A stretch of 64,000 nt of DNA from Chloroflexota bacterium (GCA_018648225.1 JABGRQ010000081.1:6092-70091); one strand, 5' to 3'. Counted from the stretch's first letter, positions 35,476 to 46,532 are shown. Made by a program: numbers and translations. The notes: generated by a model not told the origin, from the letters alone.

Positions 35476-36485
35476 CACTGGCAATTGGCTTGCGCCGCCA
35501 ACATCATCTCCTGATAGATGGCGTTGCCCGTATACTGGAAAGCCTGGTCATAAAGTTCATCGACATCACACCAGTAGCTCTGCGACTCGAGGAATTTGGC
35601 ATACCCAACCAGCGCATCTACATAACGCTGTGAAGCCGACCAGCCGGAGCCATCGTGCAGGTTGGGAGTGATTGAGGCGAGTTCCTGAAAATAATTGATC
35701 GCTTGCGGCCAGTCTACATCCCAGAAACTGGCTCCGGTGAGGTAGAGCCGCGCCCAGTTGCGCCAGCCATCGGCTTCGGTATCCAGTACGCCGAAACTCT
35801 CGGCTAATGTCAGATCGTAAATGCCGCCTTCCAGGCTGCCGCGGCCGATCTTCTGAATGCCGCGCATCCGCAGGGATAAGTACAAAATACCATCAATTTT
35901 CAGGGGATAAAACTCGGCGTCGCGTTTGCGAACTTCTTCCGCGGTTTCGATGGCTTCTGTCCATTCTTGATTGGCAACATGGCCGTTGGTTTTTGCAAAT
36001 AACTCTTCGATGGCACGCGTATCGGGCGTGGGGGTAATGGGAGCCTCAGTAGGGGTTGGCGCGGCCGTGGGCGTAGCCGTCACATTGAGAACCATGAGCA
36101 CCTCAGCCAGCTTGGTCGTCACTTCCGGGTAGGATGGGTCCAGACCAATCACATATTCAAAGCGCTGTCTGGCTCTGGCGAAATTCCCGGCTTCCATATC
36201 CAGCACCCCCAGGGTGAACTGTTCGGCGGTTAGCAATGCTCTTTGTTCTAATTCAAGATTCATGCGTCGGTTGATGCCATTGCGATAGCCAAAAAATCCG
36301 CTGACAAGCAGAATCAACATCAGGCCCAGCAAAACCATCCCGGCAGTTTTCATCCAGGCACGGCGTTTCTTTTTCTTCGGTGGCGTTTCTTCAGGGACAG
36401 GCGTTACCCGAGTTGGGGAAGTATCCTCCACAGAGGGAGGCGTGATATTCGTAGGTTGGGTTTCGTGCAAATTTTCTTCGCTCAT
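35475..36485 (-). CDS. Membrane-anchored TPR-like hypothetical protein
   Basis: Pro/Lys-rich N-terminus, one TM, then helical-repeat-like sequence. Confidence 0.5.
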   Translation of the reverse strand: MSEENLHETQPTNITPPSVEDTSPTRVTPVPEETPPKKKKRRAWMKTAGMVLLGLMLILLVSGFFGYRNGINRRMNLELEQRALLTAEQFTLGVLDMEAGNFARARQRFEYVIGLDPSYPEVTTKLAEVLMVLNVTATPTAAPTPTEAPITPTPDTRAIEELFAKTNGHVANQEWTEAIETAEEVRKRDAEFYPLKIDGILYLSLRMRGIQKIGRGSLEGGIYDLTLAESFGVLDTEADGWRNWARLYLTGASFWDVDWPQAINYFQELASITPNLHDGSGWSASQRYVDALVGYAKFLESQSYWCDVDELYDQAFQYTGNAIYQEMMLAAQANCQ

Positions 36486-36577
36486 GCGTCCAATTCTAAT
36501 TCGGAACAGACAATCCGTAAAGCGCAGTAATAATAACGCCCGGATTTTTTAAAGTCGCATATTGGTATAATCTAAGC

Positions 36578-36994
36578 ATGTCCAAATACCGTTTTTATCA
36601 ACCCATCACCGTGCGTTATGGCGATCTTGACCCTCAGGGGCATGTCAATAATGCTCGCTACCTAACCTACCTGGAACAGGCCCGCGTGGGCTATGCCCGC
36701 CAGCTTGGGCTTTGGGATGGCGGTTCGTTTTTCGATTTTGGCATGATTATGGCCGACGCTCACCTTACTTTCAAAGCGCCCATTCTGTGGGGACAATCGC
36801 TGCGTGTGGGCATGTGCATTACTCGCCTGGGCAATAAAAGCATGGAAAGTATTTACAGCATTGAAAACGCCCAAAGCCAGCAGATATTTGCTGAAGGCGC
36901 TTCGGTGCTGGTAGCGTATGATTACCATGCGGGTGAAACCATCCCTGTGCCCGATGCGTGGCGCAAAATTATTCGGGACTTTGAGCAACTTTGA
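36578..36994 (+). CDS. Acyl-CoA thioesterase, 4HBT/YbgC-like hotdog fold
   Basis: VRYGDLDPQGHVNNARYLTYLEQAR. Confidence 0.8.
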   Translation: MSKYRFYQPITVRYGDLDPQGHVNNARYLTYLEQARVGYARQLGLWDGGSFFDFGMIMADAHLTFKAPILWGQSLRVGMCITRLGNKSMESIYSIENAQSQQIFAEGASVLVAYDYHAGETIPVPDAWRKIIRDFEQL

Positions 36995-37018
36995 CCGCAG
37001 ACCGAGGAAAAAAGACCC

Positions 37019-38071
37019 ATGAAATCACTCCCCAAAATTGATCAGACCTATATGCTGGATTTTCTGACCGAATTGTTGAATATCCCCAGCCCAACGGGAT
37101 TCACCGAAAAGGCGATTGACTACACGGAACAAGCCCTGCGCGGGTTCCCGTTTTTGAGTCTGTCCCACACCCGCAAGGGGGCGCTGGTCGCCATCTGGCC
37201 CGGCGAGGATTCAACGGCCCCGCGCGGCGTCACCGCCCATGTGGATACCCTCGGGGCGATGGTCAAGGAAATCAAGTCCAATGGCCGCCTGAAACTGACC
37301 CGCATCGGCGGCTTCCCCTGGAATACGGTAGAAGGCGAGGGCTGCACAGTTTTCACCCGCGCGGGCGATCAAATCCGCGGTTCGCTGCTACTGACCAAAT
37401 CCAGCGTGCATGTGTACGGGAGCGATGTCGGCGAAACCAAACGCGACGACGATAGCGTCGAAATCCGCCTGGATGTGCGCGCCACATCCGCCGAAGAGAC
37501 GCGTGCCCTGGGCATTGAAGTTGGCGATTTTGTGGCCTTTGACCCGCGCGTCGAAATCACCAACGGCTTTGTGCGTTCGCGCCATCTCGACGACAAAGCC
37601 TGCGTTGCCAATATTGTGGCGGCAGTTAAAGCATTTAGCGACACCGGGCTGAAACCGGCCCAAACCACCATTCTGCATATCAGCAACTACGAAGAAGTCG
37701 GGCACGGCGCGGCAGTGGGCTTCCCCCCCGACATGGCTGAACTGCTCACCGTAGATATGGCAGCCATCGGCGACGGCCAAACTTCGGATGAGTTTCACGC
37801 CACATTATGCGTCAAAGATTCGGGCGGCCCGTATCACTATGGCATGAACGAAAAACTGCGCGCCCTGGCCGATGAATACGAAATTCCCTACAAAGTAGAT
37901 ATTTATCCTTATTATGGCTCCGATGGCGAGGCCTACTGGCGAGCCGGGGGCGATGTAACCGTCTCGCTCATCGGCCCCGGCGTGGATGCTTCGCACAACT
38001 ACGAGCGCACGCATACCGATGCGCTGGTAGCCACCACGCAATGGATTATGGCCTATTTGTTAGCGGAGTAA
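37019..38071 (+). CDS. M42-family metallopeptidase
   Basis: LLNIPSPTGFTEKAI N-terminus, HLDDKA, and EEVG metal-ligand region. Confidence 0.8.
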   Translation: MKSLPKIDQTYMLDFLTELLNIPSPTGFTEKAIDYTEQALRGFPFLSLSHTRKGALVAIWPGEDSTAPRGVTAHVDTLGAMVKEIKSNGRLKLTRIGGFPWNTVEGEGCTVFTRAGDQIRGSLLLTKSSVHVYGSDVGETKRDDDSVEIRLDVRATSAEETRALGIEVGDFVAFDPRVEITNGFVRSRHLDDKACVANIVAAVKAFSDTGLKPAQTTILHISNYEEVGHGAAVGFPPDMAELLTVDMAAIGDGQTSDEFHATLCVKDSGGPYHYGMNEKLRALADEYEIPYKVDIYPYYGSDGEAYWRAGGDVTVSLIGPGVDASHNYERTHTDALVATTQWIMAYLLAE

Positions 38072-38083
38072 AACCGAAAGCCC

Positions 38084-39022
38084 ATGCCAGCGATTATTTT
38101 GCGTGCCGACAAGCTCGTCAAACGCTATGGCAAGCTTACCGCCGTAGACAACCTCAGCCTGGAGATTTTCCAGGGGGAGATATTGGGTTTGCTGGGGCCA
38201 AACGGAGCGGGCAAAACCACTGCAATCAACATGCTTTGTGGATTGTTGCCACCCGATGCCGGGCAGGTTTTTATTCATGGCGAGTCGGTGCATGGCGGCA
38301 GTCTTTATGCGCGTACACGCGTGGGGGTGTGCCCGCAAGAGACCATTTTGTGGGAAAAATTAACCTGCATTGAACAGTTGGAATTTATCGGCGAGATGTA
38401 CGCCATGCCGCGCCGGGCAGCCCGCCAGCGCGGGGATGAACTACTCGACACCCTGGGGTTGAGTGACAAGCGCAACGAGTTGGCTGCCACACTCTCCGGG
38501 GGGATGAAGCGCAGACTCAACCTGGCCCTGGCGTTGATCCACAACCCGGAGATTCTCATCCTCGATGAACCCGAAGCTGGCCTCGACCCGCAAAGCCGCG
38601 TGCTGGTGCGCGAATACATCTGTTCGCTGGCGCGCGAAAAAACCATCATCCTGACCACGCACAATATGGATGAAGCCGAGCGCATGGCCGACCGCGTAGC
38701 CATTATAGACCACGGCAGGCTGCTGAAACTCGACTCGCCCGAGGCCCTCAAGCATTCCATTGGGGCTGGCGACGTTCTGGAGATCGCTGTGCAGAATATC
38801 TCATCGGAGGAGAAAGTGCTGGCCGTAATGCAGTCACTGGCTGCCGAAGCCACACTGACCAACGGGAAGATCGTCTTGCGCGGGCATAACATGGTTGAGA
38901 AAATTCCTGCGATTATCGGAAAATTGCGCCAGGCCGGAACCAAGATCGGCGAAGTACATTTGCGCGCCAACACCCTTGAAGATGTCTTTATCGCTCTCAC
39001 CGGGCGGGGGTTGCGCCAATGA
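38084..39022 (+). CDS. ABC transporter ATP-binding protein (ABC-2 type)
   Basis: Walker A GPNGAGKTT, signature LSGGMKRRL, Walker B ILILDEP. Confidence 0.9.
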   Translation: MPAIILRADKLVKRYGKLTAVDNLSLEIFQGEILGLLGPNGAGKTTAINMLCGLLPPDAGQVFIHGESVHGGSLYARTRVGVCPQETILWEKLTCIEQLEFIGEMYAMPRRAARQRGDELLDTLGLSDKRNELAATLSGGMKRRLNLALALIHNPEILILDEPEAGLDPQSRVLVREYICSLAREKTIILTTHNMDEAERMADRVAIIDHGRLLKLDSPEALKHSIGAGDVLEIAVQNISSEEKVLAVMQSLAAEATLTNGKIVLRGHNMVEKIPAIIGKLRQAGTKIGEVHLRANTLEDVFIALTGRGLRQ

Positions 39023-40152
39023 GATTTTGGAGCGTGTTCCGCAAATGCGCCCAGGAGCAAAAGCGCGATCTATGGGTGCTGGGTCTGAGTTTGGCCTTCG
39101 CGCCGCTCTTTGTGCTGTTGTACTGGATGTTCACCGGGGGCAATGCCTCCACCTCGTATGCAGTATTAGTCATCAATCAGGATACAAGCAGCCCCAACGC
39201 CGGAGAGCAGGCCATCCTGGAGATGCAAAATCTCACCTATAAAGATGGCAGTAATATGCTGCGAGTGCATGAAACTGAAGATCGTTCTCAGGCAGAAAAG
39301 AAACTGCGCAACCGCGGCGCGGCGTTGCTCATTATTATTCCTTCTGATTTTCCAACAGTGCTTTTGGGCGAAGATGGACAATCCACGGCGCTTGAGTTTG
39401 TCGGCGATCTTTCCAATCCCTATTACACCATTGCAGCGGTCATGGCGATGAGCGCCATAGATCAGTATATAGCTGACACGACAGGGGTGCCGCGCCCCGT
39501 TGAACTTGTGGAGACAGCTTTGGGGGCTTCGGCGGCGCGCACCGAATTCGAGATTTATGTCCCCGGACTGCTGGTACTGGCAGTCATCTTGATGATTTTC
39601 CAGGCAGCCATGCTGCTGACGCGCGAAGTCGAGAGCGGCACTCTCCGTCGCTTGCAAATGACTCGCCTGACAGCGTTTGAATTAATTGGGGGGACCACCG
39701 CCTGGTTATTAGTGATTGCAATTGCCGAAGTGCTGTTAACCTTTGGCGTAGCTGTGGCGCTGGGTTTTCGCAGTCAGGGCGCCATTTGGATGGCAATCAT
39801 AATTGGCATTATGACCGGTTTTTCAATTATCGGCACAGGGATGATTGTGGCCGCCTTCTCACGCACAGTCTCGCAAGCCTTTGTGATTGCTAATTTCCCC
39901 CTGGGGTTTTTCATGTTCCTGAGCGGTGCAGCCTTCCCCGTCCCGATGCCAGTACTGTTTCGCGTAGGCGAAATTGAGATCGGCTTGGGCGATTTTTTGC
40001 CGCCCACGCACGCTGTTTCAGCGCTGAATAAGATTTTCACATTAGGGGTAAATTTTAGCGAATTGGCCTATGAATTTTTCGCCCTGACGCTGCTATCGCT
40101 GGCGTATTTTGCTATTGGGGTGTGGCTCTTCCGACGACGACATATGCAGTAA
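39019..40152 (+). CDS. ABC-2 type transporter permease
   Basis: ATGA overlap with the ATPase gene. 6 TM pattern. Confidence 0.8.
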   Translation: MRFWSVFRKCAQEQKRDLWVLGLSLAFAPLFVLLYWMFTGGNASTSYAVLVINQDTSSPNAGEQAILEMQNLTYKDGSNMLRVHETEDRSQAEKKLRNRGAALLIIIPSDFPTVLLGEDGQSTALEFVGDLSNPYYTIAAVMAMSAIDQYIADTTGVPRPVELVETALGASAARTEFEIYVPGLLVLAVILMIFQAAMLLTREVESGTLRRLQMTRLTAFELIGGTTAWLLVIAIAEVLLTFGVAVALGFRSQGAIWMAIIIGIMTGFSIIGTGMIVAAFSRTVSQAFVIANFPLGFFMFLSGAAFPVPMPVLFRVGEIEIGLGDFLPPTHAVSALNKIFTLGVNFSELAYEFFALTLLSLAYFAIGVWLFRRRHMQ

Positions 40153-40171
40153 CGAAATTAGGAAGAAAGCG

Positions 40172-40444
40172 TTATCGTTTGGGCTGCACGTCAATCGCCC
40201 GATAAAACTCGTTTTTAACTTTTTCCCGATAATCCTTGGGAATGTCATGCCAGCGTACACCCAGAATGGCCCCCTCCAGAGCATAGAGCATATTGGCAAA
40301 CGCGGTTATATCTGTCTGCCCAATGCGGATCAATGCTTCGACGCTGCCCATCTCGGCCAGATCGTCATAGGTATTGACACCAATTTCTTTCAGTTTTTCG
40401 GCCAATACTGGCCCGATATTGGGGAGTTTTGTGAGGTCTTCCAT
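40172..40444 (-). CDS. TfoX C-terminal (HhH) domain protein
   Basis: LTKLPNIGPVLAEKLKEIGVNTYDDL helix-hairpin-helix pattern. 90 aa. Confidence 0.65.
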   Translation of the reverse strand: MEDLTKLPNIGPVLAEKLKEIGVNTYDDLAEMGSVEALIRIGQTDITAFANMLYALEGAILGVRWHDIPKDYREKVKNEFYRAIDVQPKR

Positions 40445-40446
40445 AA

Positions 40447-42717
40447 CTAATCTTGATCCGCGGGCGGCGCGGCTGGCCCATAATCGAGCACATCGCGCGG
40501 CGCCGCGCTGCCCGTAGAACCGCCGATGATGCCATCTTGCTCCAGGGTGTCAATCAGACGCGCAGCGCGGGTATAACCAATCCGCAGGGCACGCTGCAAC
40601 ATCGAAACCGAGGCGCGCCCCTTACGCCGGATCAGGTCTACGGCTTCATCGTAGAGTACATCGCGGTCCTTGTCTGGCTTCATCTTCTCTTCGTCCCAGA
40701 ATTCCAATTGCTTGAGGGGGATATGGCGCGGCACGCCATCGGGGTAGCCTCCGGCGGCAGTAGCCACCGAAGTGGGGGCAACATAGCCATGCTGCCTGCG
40801 CCAGTATTGCACCAGCCGCAAGATTTCCAGATCAGAGACAAAGACACCCTGCAAGCGCACCGCTGCGGGGGCATCGGGCGCCATAAAGAGCATATCGCCG
40901 CGGCCCAGCAACCGCTCGGCGCCGGGCTGGTCAAGGATCACGCGGCTGTCCGTCCCCGATGCTGTGGCGAAAGCAATCCGGGCGGGGAAGTTGGCCTTAA
41001 TCAGCCCGGTGACCACATCTACCGAGGGGCGCTGCGTGGCAATCACCATATGAATGCCGGTGGCGCGCGCCAATTGCGCCATGCGCGTAATCGAGCGTTC
41101 GGTCTCATCGGGGGCCAGCATCATCAGGTCGGCCAATTCGTCTATGATGACTACCAAATAGGGCAGCTTGCGCAGCCCGTGCGAATCGGCCTGGGCGTTG
41201 TAATCGATCAGATTACGCGCCCCAATATCGGCAAATTTCTCGTAACGCTGATCCATCTCGCGCGTCACCCATTGCAGCGCGCCCACCACACGGTCTAGCT
41301 CGACAACCACCGGAGCCAGCAAATGCGGAATGCCGTCATAACCGGTTAGCTCCACACGTTTGGGGTCCACCATAATCAGGCGCAGTTCATCGGGGGTATT
41401 ATGTACCAACAGACAGGCAATAATCGCGTTGACACACACCGACTTACCAGAACCGGTTGTCCCGGCGATGAGCAGGTGCGGCATGGCTGCCAGATCAGCC
41501 GCCACGGCGTTACCGGCCACATCTTGCCCCAGGGCAAAACTCAACGGACGGCTATCGAGTCGGCTGAAAGCTGCATTGGTAATGCCATCGTGCAACGATA
41601 CCAGTGCAGAATTTTCATTGGGCACTTCAATCCCCACGTAGCCCTTGCCCGGAACGGGCGCCTCAACGCGCACACGCGTGGCGGCCAACGCCAGGGCCAT
41701 ATCGTCGGCCAGGTTAGCAATTTTATTCACGCGCACGCGCCGCCGCGTACCGCGCGATTCAATAAAATCGGGCTCGATGCCAAATTGTGTTATCGTGGGG
41801 CCGCGGTTGATCTCGACGACACGCCCCGGCGCGCCAAAGGATGCCAACGTCTCTTCGATGGTTCTGGCGCGTTGGCGATCAAATTCATCATCAATCGGGA
41901 CTTCGTCACCGGCTTCCAGGATTTCATCCACCCCAGGAAGCACCCACTCGTGGGGGGGGGGCACGGGTTCGGCATTGGGCTGTTCGGTGGACAAGCCCTG
42001 TGAGGGTGCTGCCCCCTGAGGAACGGCCACCCCCGCCGCGGGCCGCGTCGGCATAGCCTGTTGGGGTGGGGGGAAAATCTTCTTCAGGATCGTCCTCATC
42101 CCATCGAAAACACGTTGCCGCGCCGAGCGAAAACTCATCCCCAAAGGAGCCAGCCAACGGAACATCTCCCAAACGGTCATATCCAGGGTGATAACCAGCG
42201 CCAGCACCAGCCAGGCGAACAAAATCACCAGCGCTCCGCCAATGCCTAGTAATGAGTTCAGTAAATTGAAAAACCACCCGCCCAGAACACCCCCGCCACT
42301 GGTTTCAGGGTTTAGTGTAATCAGGGCGCTGAGTTCAATGAGATGTGCGAAAAAAGAAAAGAGCGCCAGCAAAAACACATATAGCAGAAAAATACCGACA
42401 GCGCGTTCCAACGAGAGCTGCGGCAAGCGCTCGAAATTGCGAAAAATCAGCCACAAACCAACCACAATCAGGCCCAACGGCAAAATATAGCCACCCCAGC
42501 CAAAAAGTTGCAACACGATCCCCAGCCAGCCGCCCATGATAGCGCTGTTGTTGGGCGCGAGCATCCCAAAGAGAGTCAGCAAGCCAATCGCAGCCATGAC
42601 CACCCCGGCGATATCGAGTTTGCGATCCAGGGATAACCCCGGGCGTTTGGGGGCAACTGTTTTGCGTTTTTTGGGGCTGGTTTTTTTACGCGATGAGGAC
42701 GTTTTTTTGCGGGCCAT
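40447..42717 (-). CDS. ftsK: DNA translocase FtsK/SpoIIIE
   Basis: Lys-rich N-terminus, 4-5 TM segments, Walker A GTTGSGKS, and a C-terminal gamma winged-helix domain. Start at ATG 42717. Confidence 0.9.
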   Translation of the reverse strand: MARKKTSSSRKKTSPKKRKTVAPKRPGLSLDRKLDIAGVVMAAIGLLTLFGMLAPNNSAIMGGWLGIVLQLFGWGGYILPLGLIVVGLWLIFRNFERLPQLSLERAVGIFLLYVFLLALFSFFAHLIELSALITLNPETSGGGVLGGWFFNLLNSLLGIGGALVILFAWLVLALVITLDMTVWEMFRWLAPLGMSFRSARQRVFDGMRTILKKIFPPPQQAMPTRPAAGVAVPQGAAPSQGLSTEQPNAEPVPPPHEWVLPGVDEILEAGDEVPIDDEFDRQRARTIEETLASFGAPGRVVEINRGPTITQFGIEPDFIESRGTRRRVRVNKIANLADDMALALAATRVRVEAPVPGKGYVGIEVPNENSALVSLHDGITNAAFSRLDSRPLSFALGQDVAGNAVAADLAAMPHLLIAGTTGSGKSVCVNAIIACLLVHNTPDELRLIMVDPKRVELTGYDGIPHLLAPVVVELDRVVGALQWVTREMDQRYEKFADIGARNLIDYNAQADSHGLRKLPYLVVIIDELADLMMLAPDETERSITRMAQLARATGIHMVIATQRPSVDVVTGLIKANFPARIAFATASGTDSRVILDQPGAERLLGRGDMLFMAPDAPAAVRLQGVFVSDLEILRLVQYWRRQHGYVAPTSVATAAGGYPDGVPRHIPLKQLEFWDEEKMKPDKDRDVLYDEAVDLIRRKGRASVSMLQRALRIGYTRAARLIDTLEQDGIIGGSTGSAAPRDVLDYGPAAPPADQD

Positions 42718-42825
42718 GCTGAGGATTATAGCACAAATGGGCTGATACTCTCGGCTCAAGGAAAAGGCTTGGGCGATCAATCGCCTTGCGGTAGAATAGG
42801 CTACTTCTCGAAAGGAAAACAAATT

Positions 42826-43797
42826 TTGTTTCAGATTACTTTTCTCGGCACTTCTGCTTCGGCACCCTCGTTTCATCGCGGGCTGTCATCGCAGGTGATT
42901 CAACATAATGAACACCGCTTTTTGATCGACTGCGGCGAAGGCACCCAACGGCAAATTTTACGTTCAGGGTTGGGCTTTAAGGGGCTAAACCGCATCCTGA
43001 TCACCCATAGCCATCTCGACCATATTCTGGGGCTGGGGGGGCTGGTATCAACCCTGGCGCGCTGGGAAACGATGGATGAGATGGTGATTATGGGCTCGGC
43101 GCGCACGCTTGAGCGCATTGACGATTTGCTCTTCCAAGTTGTTTTTCGGGGCGTGCGTCCGCCCATTGATGTGCGTCTGGAAGCCATTTCGCCGGGGGTT
43201 ATTTTCACGAATAAAGATTTCAGCGTATCGGCGTTTGATGTTACTCACCGCGGGGCAGCCTCATTGGGATATTTGTTTGAGGAGACCTCGCGTCGCCCCT
43301 TTTTAACAGACAAGGCCGATGCGCTGAATATTCCCCCCGGCCCGTGGCGTGGACAACTCGTGCGAGGCGAGGTGGTGACTCTGCCCGATGGGCGCGAGAT
43401 TCACCCCGATGAGGTACTCGGCCCGGTGCGCGAGGGCGTGCGCATGGCGCTTGTCGGCGATACCGGCCGCACCGACAACTTGCTCGAACATCTGCGTGGT
43501 TTGGATGCGCTGATTATCGAATCAACGTATCTCGAATCAGAGGTGGATATGGCACGCCAATTTGGACATCTTACCGCACAGCAAGCAGCCAATTTTGCCA
43601 CCGATGCCGAAACTAAACACCTGATTCTGACACATCTCTCGCGGCGTTATCGCGAACGCGATGTATTATCAGAAGCCCGTGCCAATTTTAATAACGTGCG
43701 CGTGGCGCGCGACTTCGATAGTTACGAAATTCGCCGGGGAGAGTGTAAGCGCATTGAACCGGTATCGAAAAATTTTCATCACCGCGAAGAAAACTGA
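42826..43797 (+). CDS. rnz: Ribonuclease Z
   Basis: ITFLGTSASAP and HSHLDHILGLGGL. Start assigned to TTG 42826 after AAAGGA; the start is uncertain. Confidence 0.8.
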   Translation: MFQITFLGTSASAPSFHRGLSSQVIQHNEHRFLIDCGEGTQRQILRSGLGFKGLNRILITHSHLDHILGLGGLVSTLARWETMDEMVIMGSARTLERIDDLLFQVVFRGVRPPIDVRLEAISPGVIFTNKDFSVSAFDVTHRGAASLGYLFEETSRRPFLTDKADALNIPPGPWRGQLVRGEVVTLPDGREIHPDEVLGPVREGVRMALVGDTGRTDNLLEHLRGLDALIIESTYLESEVDMARQFGHLTAQQAANFATDAETKHLILTHLSRRYRERDVLSEARANFNNVRVARDFDSYEIRRGECKRIEPVSKNFHHREEN

Positions 43798-43822
43798 CGC
43801 CTTGACACGCCCCCCTCATCTC

Positions 43823-45364
43823 GTGAATATACTCACCAAAAAACAGATTCCTTTTCTCCTCTTGTGGAGCATTCTCTTCACACTGGCCTACTCTCAGGCC
43901 CCACTGTTCACATCCAACCAGAATCAGTACTTTCTACACGGCCTCGCAAAAGCAGGCTGGGGCGATCTCAGCGTCGATTGGTTAGCAAATACACTCGACC
44001 CCACACCAGTTTTCAGCGGATTAGTTTTTATCACCTATCGCTTGCTGGCCTGGCCGCCGGTTTTTTACCTGTATTTTGGGGTTCTGGCGGGAATTTATCT
44101 CTTCAGCTTATTGGGCATTATTCAACAGATTTTCAACACCGGGCAAACGCGGCTCTCACGCGGGCTGTTTTTAACCCTGTTCATCGGTTTTAATGCCGCG
44201 GCCCTGCGCTTTGTGCTGGTGCGCAGCCTGGGCGCAAACTGGGCCTATCTTTTTGACGGCGGCCTGGCGGGTCAGCGTCTGCTGGGCGAGGTCTTACAGC
44301 CGAGTACGTTTGGCGTGCTTTTGCTGCTGGCGATTAATCTCTTCTTGCGCGGCAAAACCCTGTGGAGCGTGCTGCCGCTGGTGCTGGCCGCCACCTTCCA
44401 CCCGACCTATCTACTCAGCGCAGGCGTACTGACCGCGGTCTTCATGGGCATTCTGTTGTGGGAACAGCGCAACATACGCCAACCGCTTTGGTTGGGGCTG
44501 CTGGCGTTGTTGGGCGTGTTGCCGATCTTGTATCATGCACTGATCGTCTTCTCTCCTACCGGGCCAACGCTGATTGCCGAAGCGCAGCGCTTGTTGGTTG
44601 AATTTCGCATCCCGCATCATGCGCTGCCCGCCGAATGGTGGGACCTAACCGCAGCCGTGAAAATCGGCCTGATGCTGATCGCCATCTATGTAACGCATAA
44701 GACGCGTTTATTCTATATTTTGCTGGTTCCTTTCCTGGTTGCCTCTCTGTTAACCGCAGCTCAAATTTTCACTGGAAATCATGTTCTGGCGTTGTTATTC
44801 CCCTGGCGCATCTCCACGGTGCTGATGCCGTTATCACTGGCGGTGCTGGTGGGCGCCGCACTGCAATGGTTTTGCCACCGTTTTGCTGCATTCATCCAAC
44901 GCCATGAGCGCGCGCTGTTGAATATCAGCCTTACCGCGGCGATTTTGCTGGCGCTGGCCGGAGCAGGCATTTTTATAGTCAACGCCCAGGATCGTGCAAC
45001 CAGCCCCGATAAAAAAATGATCGCCCACGTTGTCGAAACATTCGCCCCCGGGCAAGTTTACGTGATTCCACTCAATTTGCAGAATTTTCGTCTGGAAACA
45101 GGAGCCGCTGTCTTTGTGGAGTTCAAATCCATCCCCTATAAAGATGAGGAAGTGCTGGAATGGTACCGTCGCGTGCGCATGGCGGGTCGCCTGTATCAAG
45201 CAACAATCGCGACCTACGGCTGTGCAACTCTCGAAGAACTGTATGAAGAGGGAGTTACACACGTTGTGTTGCCTTATGACCATGCCGCCAAAAATTGCCC
45301 GACTCTACAACGCGATCACTTAGATATTAATTACGAAGTTTTCACCATAATCCCCCCAGAATAG
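43823..45364 (+). CDS. Polytopic hypothetical membrane protein (GT-C-like topology)
   Basis: About 12 TM segments plus a C-terminal soluble domain. GTG 43823 was chosen to avoid overlap with rnz. The family is not recognised with confidence. Confidence 0.5.
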   Translation: MNILTKKQIPFLLLWSILFTLAYSQAPLFTSNQNQYFLHGLAKAGWGDLSVDWLANTLDPTPVFSGLVFITYRLLAWPPVFYLYFGVLAGIYLFSLLGIIQQIFNTGQTRLSRGLFLTLFIGFNAAALRFVLVRSLGANWAYLFDGGLAGQRLLGEVLQPSTFGVLLLLAINLFLRGKTLWSVLPLVLAATFHPTYLLSAGVLTAVFMGILLWEQRNIRQPLWLGLLALLGVLPILYHALIVFSPTGPTLIAEAQRLLVEFRIPHHALPAEWWDLTAAVKIGLMLIAIYVTHKTRLFYILLVPFLVASLLTAAQIFTGNHVLALLFPWRISTVLMPLSLAVLVGAALQWFCHRFAAFIQRHERALLNISLTAAILLALAGAGIFIVNAQDRATSPDKKMIAHVVETFAPGQVYVIPLNLQNFRLETGAAVFVEFKSIPYKDEEVLEWYRRVRMAGRLYQATIATYGCATLEELYEEGVTHVVLPYDHAAKNCPTLQRDHLDINYEVFTIIPPE

Positions 45365-45389
45365 TGCAAAAATAAGAACCTGGTCTGCG

Positions 45390-45755
45390 TTAGAGCAGGC
45401 GTTGAATTTCCTCTACCAATTCTTGAATGCCGAAGGGTTTTTGCACATAACCTGCGCCCCCGGCAGCATACACTTTATTGCGCTCATCTTTCATTAGGTG
45501 CGCCGTGACCACCACAATCGGAATTGGCTTCATTTTCTGATCATTTTTGATTTGCTTCAAAACATCCCAACCATTCAGTCGGGGCATATCCAGGTCCAGA
45601 ACAATTAAATCAGGGCGAGACGCACGCGCAGCCAGTACGCCATCCTGCCCATCTTGCGCGCAAATCACTTCATATTGCTCACGCTCAAGCACGATGCGCA
45701 ACAGGGTAGTATTATCAAGATCGTCTTCAATAATCAGAACGCGTTTACCATTCAT
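45390..45755 (-). CDS. Stand-alone response regulator receiver domain (CheY-like)
   Basis: VLIIEDD, DLIVLDLDMP and TAHLMK receiver motifs. 121 aa. Confidence 0.85.
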   Translation of the reverse strand: MNGKRVLIIEDDLDNTTLLRIVLEREQYEVICAQDGQDGVLAARASRPDLIVLDLDMPRLNGWDVLKQIKNDQKMKPIPIVVVTAHLMKDERNKVYAAGGAGYVQKPFGIQELVEEIQRLL

Positions 45756-45770
45756 CGAGTTTATTCTTAT

Positions 45771-46409
45771 TTACGCAAAACGCTCTTCATCCCAAACATC
45801 GGCATCATTGTGATACCCGGCGCGCTCCCAAAATCCGGGGCGATCATTTTTGGCAAATTCAAGACCGCGCAGCCATTTTGCGCCTTTCCAAAGATAGGGA
45901 GTTTGGATGTCTTCCCGCTGGGGGATATGCCCAACCACGCCCCGCAGTGGATAGCCATGCTCGGGGGTGAGAGCTTCGCCATCGAAGTGGGTGGCTAACA
46001 AGAAATTATCTTGCAGCATAATTTCCAGCGGCAGATTGGTGGTATATCCATGTTCGGCGTGTTGAATTATATACGCGGCCTCCGCTGTGGGTTGAATGAA
46101 ACCCTCATCAATCAGCGTGCGCAATGAGACCCCTTCCCACATGGTATCGAACTTGCTCCAACGCGTCACACAATGGATGTCCATTTTGAGCGTGGTGCGC
46201 GGCAGTTTCAAAAATTGATCCCAACTCCAAACAACCGTATTCTCGACTTCGCCCCAAACGCGAAAATCCCAAGCCGCAGGCTCAAAAGCAGGCACCGGCC
46301 CGTAATGCAGCACAGGGAATTTTTGCGTCAACGCTTGGCCCGGCGGTAAACGTCCTTCGCTGCTTATACGCGCTTCATCTTCACGGCGAGAATCAAACGA
46401 TTGAAACAT
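45771..46409 (-). CDS. Sulfite-oxidase-like molybdopterin-binding oxidoreductase
   Basis: MDIHCVTRWSK and EHGYPLRGVV motifs. Confidence 0.7.
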   Translation of the reverse strand: MFQSFDSRREDEARISSEGRLPPGQALTQKFPVLHYGPVPAFEPAAWDFRVWGEVENTVVWSWDQFLKLPRTTLKMDIHCVTRWSKFDTMWEGVSLRTLIDEGFIQPTAEAAYIIQHAEHGYTTNLPLEIMLQDNFLLATHFDGEALTPEHGYPLRGVVGHIPQREDIQTPYLWKGAKWLRGLEFAKNDRPGFWERAGYHNDADVWDEERFA

Positions 46410-46532
46410 ACCAAAACCTCCAAAAGATTGTGCAGATTATATCAAACCAACCCGATTTAACTGGCAGATAACCATTAGCCCTTTAGTACTACACTAAAAT
46501 TCAGGTTTCGCGTTCAGGGGAAAGCTTCCCCG